Below are positions 30,335 through 40,459 of a DNA stretch of 61,171 nucleotides, piece by piece. Made by a program: the position numbers and the translations under genes. How positions within the stretch are numbered: the first letter of the stretch is position 1; the number at the start of each line of letters is the position of its first letter. The stretch is from Deltaproteobacteria bacterium. GTDB taxonomy: Bacteria > Myxococcota_A > Polyangia > Polyangiales > Houyiibacteriaceae. A model generated the notes under the pieces. It was given only the letters and a program-made list of their open reading frames with translations, did not search any database and had not been told where the DNA came from. The stretch covers positions 1 to 61,171 of the forward strand of contig JAFDAJ010000025.1 of assembly GCA_019313915.1 (NCBI GenBank), given 5' to 3'.

Positions 30335-31105
30335 ATGAAGGTCGCCACGTGGAACGTAAACTCGATCCGGGCGCGCCGGCAGCACGTAATCGACTGGCTC
30401 GATGCGGCACAGCCCGACGTCCTGTGTCTGCAGGAGCTGAAGGTGACCGACGCGGACTTCCCGTACGACGAAATTCAGGAGTGCGGGTACCAGGCCGTAG
30501 TCTCGGGGCAGAAGACCTACAACGGAGTGGCCATCATCAGCCGGCACCCCGTCGCGAACGTCGTTGAGGGCCTTGGTGACGACGAAGACGACCCTCAGGC
30601 TCGGTTGATCAGCGGCGAGGTCGACGGTGTGACGATCCTCAGCGCCTACTTCCCGAACGGAGGCGAGGTGGGCTCCGACAAGTTCGAATACAAGCTTCGA
30701 TGGATGTCGCGGCTCCGCCAGGCGCTCGCCAAACGATTCGATCCGGAGACCGACCAGGTCGCCCTCTGCGGAGACTTCAACGTGGCGCCGTGGGACGACG
30801 ATATCGGAAGGCTTGCCGACTGGCGCTCATCCGTGCTCGCGTGCGATGCGGTGAGGGAGGCGTTAAACGACATTGCCTCCTTCGGGCTTCACGACGTGGT
30901 ACGCCCGTTTCACCCGACCGGTGGCGTATTTTCCTGGTGGGACTACCGCGGAAGGGGCTTCGAGCGGGGCAACGGGCTTCGTATCGACCACATCTACAGC
31001 ACGCCCAAGCTTGCCGAGCGCGCGATTGGCGCAGTGGTCGACCGCGACGAGCGCGCGCGGAAGTCGCCCTCGGACCACGCCCCTGTGGTGGTGGAGTTCG
31101 CATGA
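30335..31105 (+). CDS. xth: Exodeoxyribonuclease III
   Basis: MKVATWNVNS, LQELK, YNGVAI, GDFNVAP, FSWWDYR, GLRIDH, SDHAPV. Confidence 0.96.
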   Translation: MKVATWNVNSIRARRQHVIDWLDAAQPDVLCLQELKVTDADFPYDEIQECGYQAVVSGQKTYNGVAIISRHPVANVVEGLGDDEDDPQARLISGEVDGVTILSAYFPNGGEVGSDKFEYKLRWMSRLRQALAKRFDPETDQVALCGDFNVAPWDDDIGRLADWRSSVLACDAVREALNDIASFGLHDVVRPFHPTGGVFSWWDYRGRGFERGNGLRIDHIYSTPKLAERAIGAVVDRDERARKSPSDHAPVVVEFA

Positions 31106-32172
31106 CCTCGTTGGTCGTCTTGGGAGCATGCGCCCTCATCCCCTGGACGCTCTGCGCGGGGTCGCGAGCTTTATTGACGGTCGGAGAATCGGCGCCACCG
31201 GCAATGCGTGAACGAGCACTCCGACACTATCGGCGCGCGACGCTTTTTGGGGCCATCTTGGTGCTTCCGACCTCGGCCGTTGCAGGCGCGCTGCTCGTCG
31301 ACCCGTCATTATCGACACGCTGGCCGGTGACGGGCTCCTGGTTCTTCGCGTCGGTGAGCGCAATGACGGCGTCGGTGAGCCTCGCGCTGTCGCGACGCAC
31401 CCCTGAAGAGGCCGCGGCCATGTCGCATCTCGAAACCGCTGGACGCGCCGTACAAATGTCCACCTTCCCCGTCTTGGCCGTTGGGCTCTCGTTGCTTGTC
31501 GGTGCGGGGATCGAAGCACTGCTTCCGTTGGGTCCTATCGCCCATGCGCTCGCGACCGCGCTGCTTAGCGTCGCCGTGGTGATCTTCGTCAGCCTTTGGC
31601 TCGTGATGAAGCTGGGCGTGTGGCCCGTGTTCCCGTATCGCATCGAAGCCGATGGTGTGTCCTGGCGACTCGCCCACCTTCCAGCGCCGACCCCTTTTCT
31701 TACGCACACCGCCGCATTGCCTTGGCTTCGGACGGCCTTGGTGAGCGACGGCCTATTCACCCGGGCCCCCGAGCAGCAGTGGCAGACCTTGGTCCGGTAC
31801 GAGGTGGGCGGCGCGTTGAGCTCCCGGCGCGATCGTGCGGCGGGATGGGCCATCGCGATTCCATTGTCGCTCATCGTTTTCATCGCGGCTGGTGCCGTGG
31901 GAGCTGACAGTCCGCACAAGCTCGTCGCAGCGACTGCCTTGGCGGTGTTCTTCACGGCAACCGCCAGCTGGTTCGCCAACCGGCAACCGGCGTCGAAGGT
32001 CGCGATCGGTGCGGAAGGTCCATCGATGCAGGAGCTCGCCCAAACACTTCGCACCCTCCCACCGTGCCTTGGGCAAGCGCTGCCGCGCACGTCACACAAA
32101 CCCTTGGGGTCGGCTCTGTACGATCGCTTGTTCGCGCTGGGCCACGATCCTGGAAGAAGACCGCACACATGA
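31102..32172 (+). CDS. Membrane protein resembling a degenerate M48 peptidase
   Basis: ATGA overlaps on both sides; several TMs; LVSDGLF..WQTLVRYEVGG in place of HExxH. Confidence 0.65.
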   Translation: MTSLVVLGACALIPWTLCAGSRALLTVGESAPPAMRERALRHYRRATLFGAILVLPTSAVAGALLVDPSLSTRWPVTGSWFFASVSAMTASVSLALSRRTPEEAAAMSHLETAGRAVQMSTFPVLAVGLSLLVGAGIEALLPLGPIAHALATALLSVAVVIFVSLWLVMKLGVWPVFPYRIEADGVSWRLAHLPAPTPFLTHTAALPWLRTALVSDGLFTRAPEQQWQTLVRYEVGGALSSRRDRAAGWAIAIPLSLIVFIAAGAVGADSPHKLVAATALAVFFTATASWFANRQPASKVAIGAEGPSMQELAQTLRTLPPCLGQALPRTSHKPLGSALYDRLFALGHDPGRRPHT

Positions 32173-34859
32173 ACGTGATCCCCGCGCGCGCCGCCCTCTC
32201 CGTTTCTTTCCTGTGCGTGGCGCTGGCCGCGTGCGGAGGCACACGGGACACAAGCGAGACGACGCCGAGCGTGTCGTACGCTCCCGAAGGCCGGCTTCCC
32301 GAAGGGGTTCGTCCGACCAGCTATCGCTTGAGCCTCACCATCATTCCGGACCAGGAAGTCTTCTCTGGAACGGCGGTGATCGGGATCGAGCTCGACGAGC
32401 CTTCCGCCACGATATGGATGCACGGCCAGGGCTTGAACGTCACGGCGATGCATGCGGCTCACGCGACGACTCGGATCCCAGCTACCTGGGAGCAGAGAAC
32501 ATCCGATGGAGTGGTGCGCGTCGAGCTGCAGGAAGCATTGCCCGCGGGCAGAAGCACCCTGCAGATCGAGTACACCGCCGCTTTCGATACGCCCCTACGA
32601 GGCCTCTACCGCGTGGAGTCTGGCGGCTATGCCTATGCCTTCACCCAGTTCGAATCGATCAGCGCGCGGTTGGCGTTTCCGTGTTTCGACGAGCCGCGCT
32701 TCAAGACGCCGTTCGACGTGACCCTCACGGTTCCGGCCAGCCAAGTTGCCGCGGCGAATACCCCGGTCGACCGCGCCATCAAGCTCCCCGACGGGCTTCA
32801 ACGGATCAGTTTCGTGCCGACCACGCCTCTGCCCACCTATCTCGTCGCGTGGGCAGTCGGCCCCTTGGACGTCGTCACCGGGCCGACTATTCCTCCCAGT
32901 GAAGGACGCCCCTTCCCGGTTCCGCTTCGCGGTATCGCGGCCAACGGCCATGGGGAGCAACTCCGCTACGCGCTCGAGCGCACGGGCGAGTTTGTGAAGG
33001 TGCTCGAAGACTATTTCGGCATCCCCTACCCGTACCGAAAGCTCGACTTAGTCGCGGTTCCCGACTTCTCGGCGGGCGCGATGGAGAACGTCGGTCTGAT
33101 CACGTTTCGCGAGTGGCTTCTATTGCTCGACGCAGAGCGCGCGACCGAGAACCAACGCCGCGCGTTCGCCTATGTGCTGGCACACGAGCTTGCGCATCAG
33201 TGGTTTGGAAATCTAGTGACGATGCCGTGGTGGGACGACATCTGGCTCAACGAGGCTTTCGCGACCTGGATGGGCAACAAGGTCGTGCAGACACTGCACC
33301 CCGAATACCGTTCGGACCTCGGGAGCCTCGCCTCCGCGCATCGCGCGATGGGGTTGGACAGCCTCACAAGCGCACGCGCCATCCAACAACCGGTCGAGAG
33401 CAGTCACGACATCAAGAACGCCTTCAGCCCGATCACTTATGAGAAAGGCGGGGCGGTCCTCGCAATGTTTGAGCGTTGGATGGGCGCCGACACGTTCCGC
33501 GAAGCCATCAGGCTCTACCTTCGCCGGCACCAAGGAAGCACTGCAACATCGGGCGACCTTCTCGCTGCGCTCGACGAGGTCAGCGCCGAGGACATCACAC
33601 CGCCCTTTCTCACTTTTCTAACCCAGCCCGGTGTGCCCCTGGTCTCAGGAGCTGCACAAGCGTGTGCAGGTGGCTCGCGCAAAGTTCGGCTTGCGCAAGA
33701 ACGATACTTTCCAATCGGCTCGAGCGGCGACACGGAACACGTCTGGCAGATCCCGCTTTGCGTTCGGCATGATGCAGGAACCACATGCGGTGCCCTCGAG
33801 GGTGCCAACGGGCACATCGACCTCCCGGGTTGCCCGACCTGGTGGATGCCCAACGAGAACGGCGCCGGCTACTTCCGCTTCTCGATGTCCCCAGCGGATT
33901 GGACGAGTCTAAGAACGAAGGGGTTCGCCCAGCTCTCGGACCGCGGGCGAATGGCTGTCGCCGACAGCGTGCAGGCTGCATTTGACCGTGGGGCAATGGA
34001 CGTGGAGGGCCTGCTTCCCTGGTTGCCGGCATTCGTTGCCAGTCCATTGAGACAGGTTGCGGGCGCGCCGATGGTGTCCCTCCGTTTCATGATCCGCGAC
34101 GCCGCGCCGCCGGAGGTGCGAGGCAACGTCACATCCTATGCAAGCCGGCTCTACCGGAGGCGCTACAAGAAGCTCGGCTGGCGCGCACGCCCCGGCGACT
34201 CGAGTGACACGAAGCTTCTTCGAGAAGCTGTGATCCGCTTCATGGTCATGGATGTCCGCGATCGGGAGGCCCGCGCGCGGGCAGCTCGTCTGGGCAGGGC
34301 CTACGCGGGCTATCGAACCAAGGAGAAGCGGGCCGTCGTCGATCCTCAGCTCGCCGGGCTCGTGCTTGCTACTGCGGTTCAAGAGAGCGGCGAAGGATTC
34401 TTCGAGCATCTGCTCGATCTCCTCGATTCGAACACCGACGCGACGAAGCGCAACCGCATCCTTTCGGCGCTCGGACATGCGGAAAGCCAAACGCTCGCCG
34501 CACGCGCACTCGACTTGTCCCTGGACCCGCGACTTCGCGTCAACGAAATCGCGCGCCTGATGCGGGCACAGTTCCATAATCCGCACACCCGCGATCGCGC
34601 GTGGGAATGGTTCACGGAGCACTTCGACGAGCTCACCGCCCGATTCGGCCCGTCGCGAGGCGGAGGGATGCCCTGGTACGCTGCCTCATTCTGCAGCGAG
34701 GAAGCCGCCGAGGAGGTGCAACGATTCTTCGAACCTAGAGTGGCGGAGCTGACCGGCGGTCCGCACAATCTGGCGGGCGCTGTCGAGGCGATTTCGTTAT
34801 GCGCCGAAAGGGCGCGCACTTACAGACCAGGCGTGAAGCGGGCGTTTGCCTTACGCTAG
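32169..34859 (+). CDS. M1 family aminopeptidase, lipoprotein
   Basis: Lipobox LAAC; AFPCFDEP, GAMEN, HELAHQWFGN..WLNEAFA, YEKG, ERAP1-like C-terminus. Confidence 0.95.
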   Translation: MNVIPARAALSVSFLCVALAACGGTRDTSETTPSVSYAPEGRLPEGVRPTSYRLSLTIIPDQEVFSGTAVIGIELDEPSATIWMHGQGLNVTAMHAAHATTRIPATWEQRTSDGVVRVELQEALPAGRSTLQIEYTAAFDTPLRGLYRVESGGYAYAFTQFESISARLAFPCFDEPRFKTPFDVTLTVPASQVAAANTPVDRAIKLPDGLQRISFVPTTPLPTYLVAWAVGPLDVVTGPTIPPSEGRPFPVPLRGIAANGHGEQLRYALERTGEFVKVLEDYFGIPYPYRKLDLVAVPDFSAGAMENVGLITFREWLLLLDAERATENQRRAFAYVLAHELAHQWFGNLVTMPWWDDIWLNEAFATWMGNKVVQTLHPEYRSDLGSLASAHRAMGLDSLTSARAIQQPVESSHDIKNAFSPITYEKGGAVLAMFERWMGADTFREAIRLYLRRHQGSTATSGDLLAALDEVSAEDITPPFLTFLTQPGVPLVSGAAQACAGGSRKVRLAQERYFPIGSSGDTEHVWQIPLCVRHDAGTTCGALEGANGHIDLPGCPTWWMPNENGAGYFRFSMSPADWTSLRTKGFAQLSDRGRMAVADSVQAAFDRGAMDVEGLLPWLPAFVASPLRQVAGAPMVSLRFMIRDAAPPEVRGNVTSYASRLYRRRYKKLGWRARPGDSSDTKLLREAVIRFMVMDVRDREARARAARLGRAYAGYRTKEKRAVVDPQLAGLVLATAVQESGEGFFEHLLDLLDSNTDATKRNRILSALGHAESQTLAARALDLSLDPRLRVNEIARLMRAQFHNPHTRDRAWEWFTEHFDELTARFGPSRGGGMPWYAASFCSEEAAEEVQRFFEPRVAELTGGPHNLAGAVEAISLCAERARTYRPGVKRAFALR

Positions 34860-34868
34860 CGAGCGCTC

Positions 34869-35645
34869 CTAGGCGCCCTTGAACGTAGGCGTTCTCTTCT
34901 CGAGGAAAGCGCCCATGCCCTCGCTCTGATCTTCCGTCCCAAAAGCTTCGCCGAAAGCGGCCTGCTCCAACCGATTCGCTTCGGGGAGCGGCAGGTCCAC
35001 ACCGTCCCGAATCAACCGCTTCGCCGCAGCCACAGCCAAGGGCCCCTTGCTTGCGATCTCCGCAGCGGCTTTGGTGGCCGCTCCGAGCAACTCGTCGGGC
35101 TCGAAGACCGCGTTCGCCAACCCAAGCCGAAGGGCCTCTTGCGCATTGATCATCTTCCCTGTGTAGATGAGCTCGCGCGCAGCCGCCGACCCAACCCGCC
35201 GCGGGAGCCGCTGTGTGCCACCGAAACCGGGGATGATCCCAAGATTGACCTCGGGCTGGCCGAACTTGGCCTTGCTCGACGCATAGATGAAATCGCACGC
35301 TAGCGCGAGCTCGCAGCCGCCTCCGAGTGCGAAGCCGTTGACTGCAGCGATGACGGGACACCGCAAGTTCGCGATTGCGGCGAACACCCCGTGTCCGAGC
35401 GCGCCGAACTCGCGCCCTTCGGCCTCGGTCAGGCCCTTCATGGCGGCGATGTCGGCGCCGGCGACAAAGGCCTTTCCCGTCCCCGTGATCACCGCCGCCC
35501 ATACCTCGTCGTTCGCGGATAGGGTTTCTATCGCAGCGCTCAGATCAGTGAGCACTTCCTGACTGAGCGCGTTGAGCTTGTCAGGGCGGTTGATGATCAA
35601 TGTTGCGACGTGGCCGTCGAGCGTCAGTTCCACAAACGAGGTCAT
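34869..35645 (-). CDS. Enoyl-CoA hydratase/crotonase
   Basis: [51 protein letters not shown]. Confidence 0.94.
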   Translation of the reverse strand: MTSFVELTLDGHVATLIINRPDKLNALSQEVLTDLSAAIETLSANDEVWAAVITGTGKAFVAGADIAAMKGLTEAEGREFGALGHGVFAAIANLRCPVIAAVNGFALGGGCELALACDFIYASSKAKFGQPEVNLGIIPGFGGTQRLPRRVGSAAARELIYTGKMINAQEALRLGLANAVFEPDELLGAATKAAAEIASKGPLAVAAAKRLIRDGVDLPLPEANRLEQAAFGEAFGTEDQSEGMGAFLEKRTPTFKGA

Positions 35646-35698
35646 GGCGCTGACTCTAGCCCAAGGCGTCTGAGCCGCCATGAGGCGGGCAACGGCAA

Positions 35699-36727
35699 CT
35701 ACGACTCGGGTTCGTCGCCGATCGCGCCCCGCACGAGAGCCTCGGCGCCCGAGTACGGATCGACCCGTCCATCGACGACGTCCTGAAGCTTCTCGCTGAC
35801 CTGAGCCGCGAAGCGCGCGTCGACTTCGTCGAGCAATGCTTGATAGAGAATCGCTTGGAACTCGGAGACCCGCCGTTGCTCTTGGATGCCCCTGCCGGCT
35901 TCGGTCCCGGTGAGGAACTCGTGATGCTTGGCGAAAGCCTCGACGAGCTCGTGCAGCCCCTCCTGACGGTGAGCCACCGTCTTGAGGATGGGCGGCACCC
36001 ATTCACCAGCCTCGGCTTCGGGTCCTTTTTGAAGCGTTGACACCGCGGTGTGTCCTTGCATCTTGCTTGCGCCCTGCGGTGCGCGCCGAAGCGAGAGCAT
36101 CTGCTGGAGGTCTTGCACCGTCGCGTCCGCGCCGACGCGATCCGCCTTGTTCACCGCAAACACGTCAGCCACCTCGAGAATGCCAGCCTTGATCGCTTGA
36201 ATGTCGTCGCCTAGCCCCGGCGCCATTACCACGAGTGTCGTGTCCGCCAGCCGTGTCACTTCGAGCTCGTCCTGGCCGACGCCCACCGTTTCCAGCAGAA
36301 CCACGTCGAATCTTGCGGCGTGCAAGACGTGGAGCACGTCGCCTGTCGAACGAGACAACCCGCCGAGATGACCGCGCGTCGCAATCGAGCGGATGAACAC
36401 GCCCTCATCGGTGAAATGCTGCTGCATTCGAATGCGGTCACCGAGAATCGCCCCGCCCGAGTACGGACTCGTCGGATCGATGGCAAGCACCGCAACACGC
36501 TTATCCTGCGCGCGGTAGAGCCGAATCAACCCGTCGACCAACGTGCTCTTGCCGGCCCCCGGCGTCCCCGTCACGCCGACCACATACGCGTGCCCGTCAT
36601 GCTCAAAAATCTGCTTGAGCAGCTCGAACGCCCGCGGGTCTCGCTCGTCGATCAGCCGGCACGCTCGCGCCAGTGCTCGCATGTCCCCGGTTCGAATTCC
36701 CTGGACCAGCGTCGACAGGTCAGCCAA
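35699..36727 (-). CDS. meaB: Methylmalonyl-CoA mutase-associated GTPase MeaB/ArgK
   Basis: GTPGAGKST, DPTSPYSGGAILGDRIRM, ETVGVGQ, NKAD. Confidence 0.93.
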   Translation of the reverse strand: MADLSTLVQGIRTGDMRALARACRLIDERDPRAFELLKQIFEHDGHAYVVGVTGTPGAGKSTLVDGLIRLYRAQDKRVAVLAIDPTSPYSGGAILGDRIRMQQHFTDEGVFIRSIATRGHLGGLSRSTGDVLHVLHAARFDVVLLETVGVGQDELEVTRLADTTLVVMAPGLGDDIQAIKAGILEVADVFAVNKADRVGADATVQDLQQMLSLRRAPQGASKMQGHTAVSTLQKGPEAEAGEWVPPILKTVAHRQEGLHELVEAFAKHHEFLTGTEAGRGIQEQRRVSEFQAILYQALLDEVDARFAAQVSEKLQDVVDGRVDPYSGAEALVRGAIGDEPES

Positions 36728-36795
36728 GGGCGTCTCCTTTAGCTAGCTCTTGGGCGGCCCCAACGGACCGCCTGCAAGAGGCGATGGGTTATCGG

Positions 36796-36867
36796 TGGGC
36801 GATGCTGGATTTGAACCAGCGACTTATTCCGTGTGAAGAAATCACTCTACCCCTGAGTTAATCGCCC
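36796..36867 (-). tRNA. tRNA-Val(CAC)
   Basis: GGGCGAT/ATCGCCC acceptor stem, ACTC/GAGT D-stem, ATTTC-TTCACAC-GGAAT anticodon arm, GCTGG-TTCAAAT-CCAGC T arm; followed by CCG, so CCA is not encoded. Confidence 0.95.
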
Positions 36868-36879
36868 GAAAGAGCCGGC

Positions 36880-36908
36880 GTTATAGCCGCGGCAACGGAG
36901 GGTGGCAA
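36880..36908 (-). promoter_or_regulatory. Promoter of tRNA-Val
   Basis: TTGCCA-N17-TATAAC, 12 nt before the tRNA. Confidence 0.6.
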
Positions 36909-36978
36909 CCGACAGCGACTCTTGAGCCGCGAGTCGTAGGCCTTGAGGCCCGAGACCCGAGTAGAACTGTCCCGGTGG

Positions 36979-39390
36979 TCAGTCCGAACCGCCGCCCAGC
37001 TTCGCCTTGAGCAAGTCGCCGAACGTTCCGAGTCCCTGCTTGGCGGACTCCTTGCGGTACTCCCGGACAGCCTTCCGCTCGTCGTCGAGCAACCGCGCTC
37101 GGATCGAGCAACGTAGTGTGCCGTCGCGCTCCGTCCCGATGACCTTCACCTCGATAGTGTCGCCCTGGGACACGCCTTTGCGTTTGTCGTCGCGCAAATC
37201 CTGAAGCTCGCGGCTGGGAATGAACCCGCGGCCGCGCTTTCCGAGCATTCCAGCGACCTGGACCTGAACGCCAGTGTGATCGACGCGCTTCACGATCACG
37301 GGCACCATTGTGCCCTGCTTGAGTGAGCGTGGGGCCTTGCCGACCTCAACCTCTCCTGCCTCGATCGCAGCAGCGTCGGCCTCGGTGAGCCTCGAGAGCG
37401 AGATGCGCCGTTGCTGGCGATCGACCCGCTCGATGACGACGTGAATCTCATCGCCTTCGGACACCGCCTGCTTGGCATGCGTGAGCTCTCTGCTCCCGCC
37501 CAGCTCCGAAATGTGCAGAAGGCCCTCGATGTCGTCCTGGAGCTGGATGAACGCGCCGAAATCCGTCGTCCGAACGACCTTGCCCTTAATCGGCATTCCA
37601 GGCCGGATGGTGTCCTTGGCGGCCTCTAACGGATCAGGCTGGCACGCGCGCATCGACAGCGACACGCGGCCGAAGCGATCCTTGCGCGAGGCCTGCTGAA
37701 CTTTCAACACCTCGACGTTGACCTCGTCGCCCACTTTGGCGGCGTCCTGCGGCCTCACGCCTCGGCTCCACGAAACCTCACTCATATGAACGAGGCCATC
37801 GAGCCCGTCGCCCAGATCGACGAGCACGCCGTAGTCCCGGACTTCGAGCACCTTACCCTCGAGCTTCGTGCCAACCTCGAGAGCCGCCATGCGTTCGCGA
37901 GCCTTCTTCCGCGATTCCTTTTCGAGGATATTCCGCCGGCTGACGATGATGCTCTTCTTGCCGCCCTTGTCCTGCGGCAATGAGAACTCGCACCGCTGAC
38001 CCACGAGTGCGTTGGGATCGTCAATGTGCGTCAGCGACATCGCACTCGCCGGGCAGAACGCCCGCACGCCGCCCACGAGCACGTCGAACCCGCCGCGATT
38101 GTAGCCGTACACGACACCTTCGACGCGGTGGTGAAGATCGCGCGCCGCACGCAATGCCTTGCGAACCGCTCCTTTGTCGATAACCCGGTTGACGATCGCG
38201 ATGTGCCCACTCTCGGCAACCGCCCCAATCCGCCCGCGGAAAATGGCGCCTACCTGAGGAACCTCGAGCTCGGGAAGCGGATCGAGCACCGTGAGGTCAG
38301 CCTCAGCAGGATCCTCCGCCGCCAAAGCCCCAGTCTCCGTCTCCGACGCTGCACCTGTCTCTGTAGCTGCCTCTGCCGCTGTAGCTGCCTCTGTAGCTGC
38401 CACTGCCTCAATCGTGGGCGGCTCGGTAACCGCCAGCTGGGCCTCAGCCGTACTCGTCGGGTCAAACGCCTGCGCACCAACCACGGTGTCGGCTTCGCCA
38501 ATCTCCTCGTCGGGGACGTCGGTGACTTCCGTAGGCGAGAACTCCCACGCGGAAGTGTCGCCCTGCACGAGCTTGGCCATTTCTGGCGTCGGAGCTTCGA
38601 TAACCGGCGTCAGAATGGCCGCCGGCGATGGCACGACGGGGGTGTGCATAGGCGCCCTGGCCTCCGGGACAGCCGGCTCTGCGGGCGCCTCGGACTCCAC
38701 CACGTCGGACGCGGCGGCTTCCGCAGCCTGCCCTTCCGCCTCACGCACGATGTGCGGAATCTCGCGCGGCTCATCGACGTTGACCACCGCGGTGGCTTTG
38801 CCAAACAAGTCGACGAGAATGGTTCCGTGCTCGACGCGCTCGACGCGTCCAGCGATCTCCTCGCCGACCGAAAACGCGTGCTTCCGCGTCACCCCGCCAG
38901 AGAACAGATGCAGGAACGGCGCATGATGCTGCGTCGACTTTGCATCCGGCGGCGCATCACTCGCACCTGCCTGCGCGCCCTTCTTCTTGCGGCGCCGGCG
39001 ACGCTTCTTCTTGCCCGCCCCCTCTGCCTCTACGTCGCCCGCGGAGCTCTCGGTGCTTACGTCGGGAGCGGCGTCTCCGGCCTCCGTGTCAGCCTGCGCC
39101 TCGGCCGCCGCAACATCACCACTAACCGTCTCCGCCTCGCCAACAGACCCTGCCGTCACCGACTCTAGCTCTGATGCTGGCTCTGCCGCCGACTCTGACG
39201 CTGTCTCTGCCGCCGACTCTGACGCTGTCTCTGCCACTGGCTCTGCCGCCGACTCTGACGCTGACTCTGTCACCGCCGGGGCCGCCGACCCGTTTTCAAA
39301 GGTTTCATTGGACGAAGTGGGGGCTTGTGATTCCACAGGCGTCACCTCCTTCGTCGAGGTCTCACTTGTGTTGGAATCGGTATCAGTCAT
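36979..39390 (-). CDS. S1 RNA-binding domain protein (RpsA-like) with long acidic low-complexity regions
   Basis: S1 repeats: NRGGFDV..AFCP, DYGVLVDL..DGLVHMSE, DFGAFIQL..EGLLHISE; C-terminal LGTFGDLLK. Confidence 0.88.
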   Translation of the reverse strand: MTDTDSNTSETSTKEVTPVESQAPTSSNETFENGSAAPAVTESASESAAEPVAETASESAAETASESAAEPASELESVTAGSVGEAETVSGDVAAAEAQADTEAGDAAPDVSTESSAGDVEAEGAGKKKRRRRRKKKGAQAGASDAPPDAKSTQHHAPFLHLFSGGVTRKHAFSVGEEIAGRVERVEHGTILVDLFGKATAVVNVDEPREIPHIVREAEGQAAEAAASDVVESEAPAEPAVPEARAPMHTPVVPSPAAILTPVIEAPTPEMAKLVQGDTSAWEFSPTEVTDVPDEEIGEADTVVGAQAFDPTSTAEAQLAVTEPPTIEAVAATEAATAAEAATETGAASETETGALAAEDPAEADLTVLDPLPELEVPQVGAIFRGRIGAVAESGHIAIVNRVIDKGAVRKALRAARDLHHRVEGVVYGYNRGGFDVLVGGVRAFCPASAMSLTHIDDPNALVGQRCEFSLPQDKGGKKSIIVSRRNILEKESRKKARERMAALEVGTKLEGKVLEVRDYGVLVDLGDGLDGLVHMSEVSWSRGVRPQDAAKVGDEVNVEVLKVQQASRKDRFGRVSLSMRACQPDPLEAAKDTIRPGMPIKGKVVRTTDFGAFIQLQDDIEGLLHISELGGSRELTHAKQAVSEGDEIHVVIERVDRQQRRISLSRLTEADAAAIEAGEVEVGKAPRSLKQGTMVPVIVKRVDHTGVQVQVAGMLGKRGRGFIPSRELQDLRDDKRKGVSQGDTIEVKVIGTERDGTLRCSIRARLLDDERKAVREYRKESAKQGLGTFGDLLKAKLGGGSD
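39181..39264. repeat. Coding 24-bp tandem repeat (about 3 copies plus a partial) encoding AETASESA-like units
   Basis: CTCTGCCGCCGACTCTGACGCTG at 39181, 39205 and 39241. Confidence 0.85.
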
Positions 39391-39455
39391 GCGCAATCCT
39401 CGCGCGAAAGACGCTCAACGCAGAAGCGGAACGTCCGGGTTAATAAGGGTCTCGT

Positions 39456-39484
39456 AGAGTAGGCAGTGGCTGTTTCGACGTCAA
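39456..39484 (-). promoter_or_regulatory. Promoter of the S1-domain gene
   Basis: TTGACG-N17-TACTCT. Confidence 0.55.
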
Positions 39485-39537
39485 GCGACCGTGTTGTTGC
39501 CGCTCGCTCCGAGGGCCCCTAGGCTCCTTCCTGGGGC

Positions 39538-39957
39538 ATGTCTGAGGGAGGTCGAGAGCGTCGAGAATCTGGCCGGGCGGCGCTTGAATTGCCGGTTGAA
39601 TATGACCGCCTCAACGCCCTCCTGTCGGACTACACACACAACCTCAGTCGAGGTGGGACATTCATCAGGACAGATCGCCCGCTCGACGTCGGAACTGTGC
39701 TCTCCTTCACCATTCGGGCGCCCGGGCTTGGCAAGCCGATCGTGCTTCGCGGGGTCGTTCGGTGGGTCGTCGAGCCGGGCGAGGCCAGCTCAGGCGGCCC
39801 CTCAGGGATGGGCATTGCTTTCGTTTATGGGTCTCCGGCTCATCAAGAAGCGCTCGCGGCGCGCCTGGACCGTCTGATGGTCCAATCGCTCGGTCCTGCC
39901 GCCTTCGAGCAGATCATGGGCAAACCCGCTCCCGAGGAGCTGCCCGATGACGCCTAG
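39538..39957 (+). CDS. PilZ-domain protein (myxobacterial TIGR02266-like)
   Basis: RRESGR (RxxxR), NLSRGG, GVVRWV, GMGIAF. Confidence 0.88.
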   Translation: MSEGGRERRESGRAALELPVEYDRLNALLSDYTHNLSRGGTFIRTDRPLDVGTVLSFTIRAPGLGKPIVLRGVVRWVVEPGEASSGGPSGMGIAFVYGSPAHQEALAARLDRLMVQSLGPAAFEQIMGKPAPEELPDDA

Positions 39958-40459
39958 GCTCCACATCCTCCGGGGCGACCTGACCACGGAAGCAGCGGAC
40001 GCCATCGTCAACGCCGCCAACCAGAAGATGCTCGGCGGCGGGGGCGTCGACGGCGCCATTCATCGCGCGGCGGGTCCCGGACTCTTAGAAGCTTGCCGCA
40101 CCGTCCCCGAAGTCCGCTCAGGGGTGCGTTGTCCCACGGGCGAGGCGCGTATCACCTCCGGGTTCGATCTGCCCGCCCGGTACGTCGTTCATACGGTCGG
40201 CCCCATCTACAGGGGAGCCAGCGGCGACGCCTTGCTGCTCGCGTCCGCGTTTCGCTCGTCGATCGAGCTCGCCATTGAGCACGGCGTCCGAACACTCGCC
40301 TTCCCAGCCATCTCGTGCGGTGTCTATGGCTACCCGATCCGGGACGCAGCCCGGATTTCGGCACAGGTCGTCCGAGAGCGGGCGTGGGACCTCGATGAGA
40401 TCCGCTTTGTGTTGTTTTCGCAAGACGTCTTCACGGCGTGGACCGCCGCTTTCGCGTAA
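39947..40459 (+). CDS. Macro-domain protein (O-acetyl-ADP-ribose deacetylase, YmdB-like)
   Basis: GDLT, AIVNAAN, GGGGVDGAIHRAAG, HTVGP, AFPAISCGVYGYP. Confidence 0.94.
   Translation: MTPRLHILRGDLTTEAADAIVNAANQKMLGGGGVDGAIHRAAGPGLLEACRTVPEVRSGVRCPTGEARITSGFDLPARYVVHTVGPIYRGASGDALLLASAFRSSIELAIEHGVRTLAFPAISCGVYGYPIRDAARISAQVVRERAWDLDEIRFVLFSQDVFTAWTAAFA

Noticed and set aside
36796-36867. tRNA as an island integration site
   Set aside because: No integrase, and I saw no duplicated tRNA 3' end; the flanking genes are housekeeping.
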